Positions 12,981 through 23,477 of a DNA stretch of 64,000 nucleotides are shown in pieces. The notes beneath the pieces are model-generated. The model was given only the letters and a program-made list of their open reading frames with translations, did no database searches and was not told the origin of the DNA. The DNA lies in contig OZ024740.1 of the NCBI GenBank assembly GCA_964016885.1, positions 61,938,001-62,002,000 of the forward strand, given 5' to 3'. This stretch comes from Eledone cirrhosa (Eukaryota). The translations under genes and the position numbers were made by a program. Numbering within the stretch: position 1 is the stretch's first letter; the number at the start of each line of letters is the position of its first letter.

Positions 12981-13188
12981 CCCTTTAGCATTTACATTAC
13001 TCTATATATACTATTGTATTTTCACGGTAAACACTTTATCTCAAATAATATCAAATCTATGTGATTGTGATATCATTTATTTTGAGAAAAATACCTTAAC
13101 ATAAGTATGAGCAGCCAGTTACAAACAGTTTGAACAGAAAGAGGTGAGAGAATTCTGGGCGGATATGGCTGGTTTAAATGCTAAAGGT
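12981..13188. mobile_element. TTAA-flanked MITE family (piggyBac-type); further copies about 17490-17692, 44443-44647, 62068-62288
   Basis: TTAA|CCCTTTAGCATTTA ... TAAATGCTAAAGG(G/T)|TTAA terminal inverted repeats, multiple similar copies. Confidence 0.8.
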
Positions 13189-13682
13189 TTAAATGACAAT
13201 GATCATATATCTTTGCTTTTCGTCCTTTCAAGGCCGATAAAAAAGTACCAGTCCAGTACTGGGGTCGATTCTTCCTCTATAGAAAAAATCAGCTGTGTTC
13301 AGACCTGGAATGGGTTAGGCTCTGCCAGGTTGAAATATGCCTTAGACACATCATATGATCATGCCTCTACGACTCCACAAGGAGTTATGGGATCTTTATC
13401 CTATATCATCATCATCATTTTACGTCCGCTTTTCCCTGCTATATATATGTATATATTATTATTACTTTCAAAGTAAAGGGTGTCATGAATGATAGAAAAT
13501 CAAACATATCAAACATATGTCTTGTCTCTAAAAACAGCTCAAGATAGAATTCAGAGAATAAAATTGAGTCTTAATCATAAAAAAGTGAATAAAATATATA
13601 GTCTTAAGCTTCGATATATCTTAATGCGCACTTATGTGTGTATGAATATATTTCATTCACTTTCTTATATATGTATATATAC

Positions 13683-13738
<56 letters not shown>

Positions 13739-15226
13739 GTGTGTATGTGTACATACATACACATACACAATATATACGTTATCGCTAGAAAGGGAGACAA
13801 TTAAAAAGGTATAACGAGCAGTTTAGGTAGAGTTATATCTCTTGTTTTATACCCAATCTTGTTACCCTGTGAACAGCTTATTTAATAATTAAATATATCT
13901 TTCGATCGATATCTAAAATAGATCTTTTTCTTTTCTTTATTTGTCTGATTTAGTTATTTCTTTAAAAACGTTTTTTTCTTTATCTTACTACAGTCAATGA
14001 AATTAGTGATTTCGTTCTGACCTAGCTTAACCCTGATCCAGCATTCCTATTATCAGAGGTATTATAGCCATCACCATATGATCTTTTTTTTTTTTTATAT
14101 GGCGAATTGGCAGTCGTTAGATAGAATATTTTGCGGTATTCGTTCTGGTTCTTTGCTCCCGGAGGTCAACTTTGGCTTTCATTCATTCAAGCTTGATAAA
14201 AAAAGTACCAGTGTAATACTGAGGTTGATTCTTCCTCTATATCTCTTGTTCACTTCCATTCTCTCACTCTCTATCCTTCTCTAGAAAAAAATATGTTGTA
14301 TTCAGGCCTGGAGAAGAGATGGGCACTGCCAGGTTTTAAAATACCCTAGAAATGGAGTTACGGGTCCATGAATGCATGCCATGTACTTTTTCCTACACAG
14401 TATATCTAGGAATACATTATTCAGTGTGTCCTTATTTCTATATTTCAGACAAATAGATGTAATTTGAGGGAGATTTGAGTTCTATGTCTAACAGGGCAAG
14501 CATCTGCATAGAGACTCCATTGTTTAGTTGTGAAAGCATTGATTTTTAGTATTGTTTAATAAGGAAAATTGGTACGTAACTGGATGGATACCGATCCAAA
14601 AAGGAGCATATATGCTGTCACTCATTCTTAAATTATTTAAAGATTTGAACTGATGATGTAGAGAGAGAAAACTAAATATCATAAGTCATTTCATCTGTTC
14701 TATAATTTCTACCTCTGGATTACCACTGAGTAGGAATATTTATTTCATAAATTCTATATTTCTTTTACTGGTTTCAATCGGTGAACTGTAACTTGCTGGG
14801 ACACTACCTTCAAGGGTTTAGTCACTCATATCAATTCCAGTACTTATTATTTTAAAGTCTAGTACTTATTTTATCAATCTCATATCTATTCGTTGAACTG
14901 TTAAGTCAGAGACTATGAACAATATTTTTCATTTATGTAGTAGAAATATTATTTAACCCTTTCATTATTATATTTCTAATGAACTATACTGCTTATGATT
15001 TCCAATTAATTAAAGAAAAAAAATATTTGGAGGGATTTTCTGTAATATAGCTATCTTTCTCATTAGTAAGTTGGTGTTTAGAACATAACGTAAGAAAATA
15101 TTGTTACAAAAAATTATAATGGAAAATTTTTAGATGAATATAGAGACTTTAAAACAAGTTGTTTTTCATCATATAACCAGGGAACATTTCCAGGTATCAA
15201 AAGGATTATTTGCTTTATTCTTTTAG

Positions 15227-15473
15227 TTTCTGGATTCCTGTACAAGCACATTGAATTTGCCCTCGGCTGCTAGACGCCTCTTCAGTGCCATGGGTAAAGA
15301 ACTGTTTTCCCTGCTAGACCTTAAGAGGGATCAGACTGTCTATGTAAGCTGTCATGAATCATGGTTGAACCCCAAAGTTACTAAATCAGAACAAAAACGG
15401 CGGGTATTATTAACACACTTATCTTCCGATTTGATGAAAATCCGCAAATATTGCTGCTTCAGGGATCCAACTA
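15227..15473 (+). CDS. DCDC1: DCDC1-like exon 3 (phase 0 to 1), DCX-like domain
   Basis: ttttAG acceptor, GTAGGT donor; FLDSCTSTLNLPSAARRLFSAMGKELFSLLDLKRDQTVYVSCHESW matches the DCX-like pattern L.L..AARRLF..G......L......YVS.GE. Confidence 0.88.
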
Positions 15474-16649
15474 GTAGGTTTTGGTTTTTTTTCTGAGAAT
15501 CTTTTATTTTATCATTGTTAATAATAATAATGAAAATTATTGTGTACAGTGCTCAGGTGCACTACAATTCATCAAAGTGCATATATAGTACATAGAATAA
15601 TGTACAATCGTTGAAGCAGCTGCTGCAATATCATCATCATCATCATTACTGTCACATCCTAATTATCATCTTTATTGTATTGAACATCACCATCATCACA
15701 CCATCACCAATACTATACACAGCAACATTATTTATTCCAGTCAATGAATGAAACTTTATGAGGTTGCTTGTCCTGTTAGAAATAGCAGACACATTTCCTC
15801 AGATCAGACTTTACTGCCTTAGCCCTTTTGTCCAGTGCGTGACTGGTACTTTATTTTATTGCTCCCATAAGGATGAAAGGCAAAGTTGAACTCAGAACGT
15901 AAAGGGTCGTAACTCCATGCTGAAAAGCATATTATTTGATGCTCTACCGATACTGCCAAACCACTATCCTAATAATTGTTTCTACTTTAGGCACAAGGCC
16001 AGCAATTACCCAGTACATTACTGGTACTTTATTTTATCGACCCCGTAAGGATGAAAAGCAAAGTCAACCTCGGCGGGATTTGAACTCAGACTGTAAAGGG
16101 ACGTAACTATGCTAGAAAGCATGGCGTCCAACCCTCTACCAATAATGGTTTCTTATATAGGCCATTCATTTTGGGGGAGGGGAAAGTCGATTAAATCGAC
16201 CCCAGTGCGTGACTGGTACTTTATTTTATTAACCCCGTAAGGATGAAAGGCAAAGCTAACCTCGGCGGGATTTGACTCAGAACGCAAAGGGTTGTAACTC
16301 TATGTTGCAAAGCATGGTGTCCGACCCTCTACCGATATTGCCAATCCATTGCCCTAATAATAATAATTGTTTCTACTTTAGGCACAAGGCCAGCAATTTT
16401 GGAAGAGGGGAAAGTTGATGAAATCAACCCCAGTGCATTACTGGTACTTTATTTTATTAACCCCGCAAGGATGAAAAGCAAAGCTAACCTTGGTGGCATT
16501 TGAACTCATAGTATAAAGAGCCATAACTCTATGCCTCAAAGCATATTGTCCAAGGCTCTACTGATATTGTCAGTTCACCACCCTAATAATAATGATAATT
16601 TCTTTATTTATTATTCATTTTAATGGTTTCTTAATAATAATAGTTTCCT

Positions 16650-16985
16650 TTATTGGCCACAAGGGCAAACACGTAGGGGACAATACAAAGACAGGGACAG
16701 TGAGGGTTTACAATAAGCTCGAGTAAAGGTGTACAATGGCAAGACTAATTTAACAATGAAGATATAAAAATTATATAAAATAAACTATGCATAAATATAA
16801 CAAATTAATTCCCCAATAGGAGGGTGGACGACCCAGGGGTGACTCAGGTACCCCACCAATCCTGAACCACCCTGCGCTTCTAGGGCACCCGGGGAGAGCA
16901 CTCCTCTCCTCCTCAAATTAGCGCATGGTCAGAGTAGGCCCACTCACACAGGCCATTCTCACCACATTCACCCATCAGCTACCTC
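16650..16985 (-). mobile_element. 3' end fragment of an L1/Tx1-like LINE
   Basis: minus strand ends an ORF ...WVNVVRMACVSGPTLTMR-stop, then a GC-rich UTR and AATAAA before an (ATT)n tract; family assignment by resemblance only. Confidence 0.4.
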
Positions 16986-18088
16986 AACACTTAGCCTCAG
17001 TCATCCATTCATTCACCACTGTTACTGACACCACACAGTCTGTTACATTTCCTAGACAACAATTAATGTTTTTGTTGAATTTCTTATTATTATGGTTCCA
17101 TGTCACTTGCCACTGTTACAGTCATCTGTCACCTGTTACATTGATATATCACCTGTTTCGGCTCATTGTTTATTATTATAATACTGGGTATTGGCCATAT
17201 CAGTAGAGGGCTGGACGCCATGCTTTGCAGCATAGAGTTACGGCCCTTTGCAGTCTGAGTTCAAATCCCATCGAGGTTAACTTTGCCTTTCATCCTTACG
17301 GGGTCGATAAAATAAAGTACCAGTAATTCACTGGGATAATTGCTGGCCTTGTGCCAAAAGTAGAAACAATTATAATAATTTCTAATTTGTGGAAGGGAAA
17401 AGTTCATAATGCCCGAACCAGTGCTTGACTGGTTCTTTGTTTTATGGAACTCCTGGAAGACTGAAAGACAAAATTAACCTCAGTAGGATTGAACCCATTA
17501 CTCTATATTTGCTATTGTATTTTCGTGGTAAAAGCTTTATCTCATATAATTATCTCACATAATATCGAATCTATGAGATTTTGATATTGTTTATTTTGAG
17601 AACAATACCTTAAGTGGCCAGTTATAGCCAGTTTAAACAGAAAGAGGTGAGAGAATTCTGGCCAGATATGGCTAGTTTAAATGTTAAAGGGTTAAACACA
17701 GAAAGTAAAGAGCTGGAAGAAATATTGCGAGGCATTTTGTTTGACTGTCTAACAATTCTGCCAATACACCAGCCTGCCATTATCTATTATAATGCTGTCT
17801 CATTTGTTAAATTTATTAAATCTATAGTTGCCATCTATGGTAATATCAAAGACAATAAATCCTTATCTCTTATCCCCATTATTTTTGTAATCTTTGTGAT
17901 TTAAAGTAGGAATGTATGACGATTTTATTTTTTTTACTAGTTTCACTTATTAGACTATAGCCATGCTGGGGCACCATCTCGAAAGGATTTTATCAATAAC
18001 GTTGACACCGGTACTTACATTCTGGTGTTTATTTTATTGATCTACTAAGTTATGGAACATAAACAGAGAGAAAGATAGATAGATAGAT

Positions 18089-18158
<70 letters not shown>

Positions 18159-18443
18159 GGCTAGGCTTTTTACATACTGTCATGCCAAATCTCTCCAAGA
18201 ACTACATTAAGGGTACACATTACGCATGTCTGTGAAATAATCAGCTACTTGCACATTGATTTTATGAGCAGGTATTTCTGTGGATTAAATCAACTGGGAC
18301 ACTGCCATTCCATTCAGTAACATTTATTCTTTTACTAGTATCAGTCATGACACTGCAGCCATGTGTTGCATAAATTTTAACTATTAATTTCTACTAAATT
18401 ACCATTTATTTCTCACACTTTACCAATTATTATTTATTTTCAG

Positions 18444-18624
18444 ATTATGTGTTGACAGTAAAGGGCAGTCTGGCTCCAAATTCAACAATTATTGTTGCCC
18501 CATTAATTCTTCTCTCTAATGGAGTTTCAGAAGAAAATGACTTACAAATGTCCAACAGTGTGGAGGACGTAGGCTTTTCTGGAGATATTGAGAAAGAAAA
18601 TGACCAACCCAATGACAAGATATA
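18444..18624 (+). CDS. DCDC1: DCDC1-like exon 4 (phase 1 to 2; GC donor inferred)
   Basis: ttttcAG acceptor; NYVLTVKGSLAPNSTIIVAPL...ENDQPNDKI; the 3' end needs donor TA|GCAAGT to match the phase of the next exon. Confidence 0.7.
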
Positions 18625-18877
18625 GCAAGTTACATTTTAATATCTCAAGCACCTCACAAAAACCCCTTCTCACTATCCTCCTCCCTGCTACTGCCACTAT
18701 CATCATCATCATCATTTAACATCCCCTTCCCCTTCCTATGTCTTGGTCTACATGTATGGTAATCAGCAATGCATTTAATGTTATTGAATTTTTTTTAAAA
18801 TCAAAACTAATAAAATATGTCATCAATTCTACACTATGTTTATGTGTATATTATATATATATATATATATAATATAC

Positions 18878-18952
<75 letters not shown>

Positions 18953-19213
18953 GGAAAAAATGAAACAAAATTTCATTTCCCACTCTTAGTATGGCTGTTA
19001 CTTAAATATAAGTATGTATATGTACATATATATATGTATACAGACGTACACTAGTATGTATATATATATACATACATGCACACATATATATATGTACGTA
19101 TGGATTCACTGAACATTTATTATAATGCTCGGTGTGTTTGTAAACAAACATCCCTTATTAAGCGGTAGTGTCTAGCAACCATCGTTGCTCGTTTGTTCAA
19201 CATTGACAAAGGA

Positions 19214-19256
19214 ACACTGTACTAGTTTCAAGCTTATTAGCTATCGTCAGCAACAT
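19214..19256 (-). ncRNA. Minimal type I hammerhead ribozyme motif, family C (intact core)
   Basis: minus strand reads ATGTTG-CTGACGA-T.AGCT.AATA.AGCT.T-GAAA-CTAG-TA-CAGTGT; palindromic helix III ACTAGT. Confidence 0.7.
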
Positions 19257-19560
19257 ATACCTTCCTGCCAGATGATTGAATGTGTGAAAGTATATACTTT
19301 CCTTATGCATATTAACGGCTGAGCAGCCTACATACTACTGTACGTCTGTATACATATATGTATGTACGTGTACATACTTATATTTAAGTAACAGCCGTAC
19401 TAAGAGTGGGAAATGAAATTCCATTTCATTTTTTCCGTTTATCGTTTTCGGTGCACCCAGCCGATTAACCCACTCGATATGCAAATTAAGCTTCTCAGCT
19501 GTTAATAAGCATAAGGAAAGTATATACTTTCATACATTCAATCATCTGGCAGGAAGGTAT

Positions 19561-19603
19561 ACGTTGCTGACAATAGCTAATAAGCTTGAAACTAGTACAG
19601 CGT
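19561..19603 (+). ncRNA. Minimal type I hammerhead motif, family C (core G8 to A substitution)
   Basis: ACGTTG-CTGACAA-TAGCTAATAAGCTT-GAAA-CTAG-TA-CAGCGT; inverted copy of 19214-19256. Confidence 0.6.
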
Positions 19604-19870
19604 TCCTTTGTCAGTGTTGAACAAATGAGCAACGATGGTTGCTGGACACTACGGCTTAATACGGGATGTTTGTTTACAAACACACCGAGCATTATAATAA
19701 ATGTTCAGTGAATCCATACGTACATATATATATGTGTGCATGTATGTATATATATATATACATACTACTGTACATCTGTATACATATATGTATGTACGTA
19801 TACATACTTATATATATATATATATATATATATGTTTGTGTATGTATACTTGCATGTTAATATATATATA

Positions 19871-20373
19871 CTAGCCGAATTACCCACGCCTTGCTGCATT
19901 TCACACATTTTTTTTGTAAGAAAATGATGACTGATTTTAAATCTGTGATATAATTTATGGAGAAAAACTCTGCATTTCTATATTACTCAGTGTAAAATGT
20001 AATGCATGAAAAATTGGAAAACAGTATTTTTTGTAATATATCAAATCAAAATTATATTATTAAATCTTATTCTTATTTTGTATCTTGTAAATAATTTTTT
20101 TTTTAAATATCAATTCAAAACTTTTGTGAATAGGCATCATATCTTGTCATTTACCTATGGTTTAAATTTCATATAAATCGAAGGGAAAAAATTTTCAGCG
20201 GGGGTTTGTGCCCCTGAGGAACCCTTTCATTTAAATGAAATATACTTATCCAAGTACCCCGGGCAATGTAGTTTCAGAATATATATGGTTATGGGGATCT
20301 ATCTCCAAAACCATAGGAGGAGTTTGTGAACAAACAAACAAACAGACAGGAACTACAACTTTATATATATAGA
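19871..20373 (-). mobile_element. Non-autonomous Helitron
   Basis: minus strand begins A|TCTATATATATAAAG, has (TTTG)n near the 5' end and ends in GC-rich gcaaggcgtgggtaattcggCTAG|T; inserted between A and T. Confidence 0.7.
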
Positions 20374-22247
20374 TATATATTAAAAATATACCTCCCTCAC
20401 CCTTTCGTCATGATTGACCAAGAGCTTTGCACCTAGAAACTTCCCCAGCAAGGTGCATGACCAGGGAAGGTATTTTTGTGGAAGACCAGCAGTTGCCGAT
20501 GCATATCAGTCTCCCCTCTCCACGCCACCGATGTTGTCCAAGAGAAGGTCAAAGGCCAATACTACTTGGCATCAGTGACATAGCAACTCATTTCTACATC
20601 GAATAATTCCCCCCTCCCCCTGCTCTTACCACCACCCTCCCTTATTAAATTCTGCTAATCTATCTCTGGCGAAATTTAATTTTAAGTGGTAGCATTCCCG
20701 TGACATTCCTTTATGCATTAAAAAATACTATACATGACTAAAAAAGTACATTACTAGAAATCTTATATGTTATAAAATAAATAGGATGGGTTGGGGAAAA
20801 GATGGGGAATCTGTGGCCTTAAGGTTGCATGCAGCCTTCTATGCTATTCTATGCAGCCTTTTGAAAGAAGGAAACATTTCCAACAAATTAAATATTTTTA
20901 TTAATGTGTTTTTGTTTATCTCTTATTATTTTAATTTAAACCGAGCGGTGGATTGGCAGTATCGGTGGAGGGTCGGACATGCTTTCCAGCATAGTTACGT
21001 CCCTTTACGATTTGAGTTCAAATCCCGCCGAGGTTGACTTTGCCTTTCATCCTTACGGGGTCGATAAAATAAAAGTACCAGTAATGCACTGGGTAATTGC
21101 TGGCCTTGTGCCTAAAGTAGAAACAATTATTTTAATTTAAACCATAAAATGAACATATTTTAAATAACAAAGTGTAAAAGAAAACTCAATGAAATAATCT
21201 GCACTGACAGACTGCCAAAATATAAAATTAGTAGATTATAAGGGCCAATATCAAAATGCTTTCCTACAACAAGCAGTTACAACAGAGTCATTAAAACGTA
21301 GTTAGCTTTAAAATAAATTGTTTCCATTTCTTAAACAATTAGTACATAGTAACTAGATTTTTACAAAATATTGTAGATTTTAAAAATATATAGTTATGGT
21401 TTCTTGAATGCGGTCTTATTATAAGTCACTTAATAGGGCCTTTCAGCGTGAAAAGGTTCTCCACCTCTGGGTTAAGGTTTCAATATGTAAACTAAATTAT
21501 TAATTCTGAGACAAACTAGAAAAATTACTGATTTTCCAAAAAACCCACCCCCACTTATTCCAACCCCCCTCACTTATTCCATGCCCCTATTATTTGGGAC
21601 CCAAGAGTATTTCTTCTTCCCAAGGCCTGCTTCCCTCTGGTACTCCCTGATATAATTATTCATAGCTGTCTTAATAATTTGTAATTGAACTGATTAATAA
21701 CCATACTAACCAAACAAAACGGTTGGAAGGACCCTTCAGTTGTGTCAAGAACATGACAACCTCCCTACTGTTGTTGATCTACGTGATAAACCGACCCAGT
21801 ACATGCTGTAAAGTGATTGGTGATAGGAAAGGCAGTTAGCTGTAGAAAGCTTGCCAAACAAAGGGTTGTAAGGATCCTTCAACTGTGTCAAAAACATGAC
21901 AACCTCTCTTTTGCTGGTGCCATGATAAAAGGCACTTGGTAGAGTGTGGGACTGTATGTAAGATAGATGTGTACCCCCTGCCTGTCTGGGAGGTCAATAG
22001 TCCCGCTTCAATGCTGACTTGGTTGTGAAGACCCTTTTTAAACACTTGCTAGCAGGGAAAGCAGACGTTATGATGATGATGATGACTGCCATTGAGGTAC
22101 AGAATAATGGGTGTAAAATTTGCCTGTTTCCAGAAGGCACATTCAGTGTTATTCTGTTACCTATATTTTATTATATTTTATTGTACAAGTTGTGCATATA
22201 TCTGATGAATATATCTGAGCATATGTCTGATGCACACCCACTCTGAA

Positions 22248-22870
22248 CTGCATGCTTAGCACTTGCATACTCAGTTGCCGAGTACTGTTCACTGATCTGG
22301 GAAGGGAGCTGTCATGCCAAGCAAGTTGACGTCATCCTCAACTCAGCAATGAGAATAGTATCTGGCACACTGAAATCTACACCTACTCAGTGGCTACCTA
22401 TCCTTTCTTATATAGCTCCTTCTCACATGTGGTGTCAGATGATCTGCGAGGCAGCACTTCATACCAACTTCAACCTTCAACCTTCCCACCCATAAAGACC
22501 TGGAAAACCTTCACAACATGCGCTTGAAATCATGCAAACCATTCTGGGAGTCAATTAAGACCCTTCAATACAGTAATTTTGATCTTAAAAAATAGTGGTG
22601 AAGATCATGGAATGAGTCCAAGTTTATCAGCCAAGACCTTGCCCAGGGCCCCACATCTAAACCAGCCAGCTTTGACCTTCCCAGAAAGCCTTGGGTGTCC
22701 CTTAATCAGATCTTCACAATACATGTCAAAACAGCCCATCATGTCCATTGATGGAAAATGAAAGATAACCCAGCATGTGACTGTGGGGACCCTGACCAGA
22801 CAGTGCTGCATGTTGTTTGGGATTGAATCATCTGATGTTTTACCGGCAGCCTGGAGACAATCTATAATTC
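22248..22870 (+). mobile_element. Degenerate Ingi/Vingi-like LINE 3' fragment
   Basis: translates as LALAYSVAEYCSLIWEGSCHAKQVDVILNSAMRIVSGTLKSTPTQWLPILSYIAP. Confidence 0.65.
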
Positions 22871-23033
22871 TAAAATGATGCCTTAGTCTGGCTCACCAAT
22901 CTCAATCCATCCCTCTAACCAATATGCATATGTCATACGACAAGAAGAACATTATATTTTATTTATTTATTTTTCTACTGTTTAACCAAAGAGAGAACGT
23001 GAAAGCTAGTATCCATGTATATGTGTATAGTAA

Positions 23034-23435
23034 ATAGAAATGACTTCTACAGGACTAGAACTGTTTCGTTTGTATGAAATCATCATGTATGTCAGGTAAA
23101 GTTGGTCAGTTTCATTATTTGTAGACTTTTGGGGGGTATATATATAAGAGGAAAAGGGGGAAAAAGAAAAATTAGAGGGAGAGGAGAGAAAAAGATAAGG
23201 GAAAATATTATTCTCTTTCACCTTATCTCTCCCTCTCCTCCTAATTCCTCTCCCTCCTCTTCCTTCTTTTCCTCTCATATTTACCCCCCCCAAAACATCT
23301 ATAAATAATGAATCTGACCAACTTTATCTGATATTCCTGATGATTTCATATGAATGAAACAGTTGTAATCCTGAGGAGTCATTTCTATATAAAATAAAGA
23401 AGCTTCTTCTCTACTAATGTATTGAGTACCTTCTG
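23034..23435. repeat. About 350-bp imperfect palindrome with a decayed family A hammerhead on each arm
   Basis: 23034-23140 is the reverse complement of about 23283-23388; purine-rich then pyrimidine-rich centre. Confidence 0.75.
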
Positions 23436-23477
23436 AAAACCATCGTATATATATGTATACATATATATATATATGAA

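Larger units (their letters stand above)
18947..19812. mobile_element. Penelope-like pseudo-LTR remnant: inverted arm 18947-19323, short tail copy 19329-19442, opposite-orientation arm 19494-19812
   Basis: about 320-bp highly similar inverted repeat plus partial tandem tail; each long arm carries a family C hammerhead. Confidence 0.75.
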
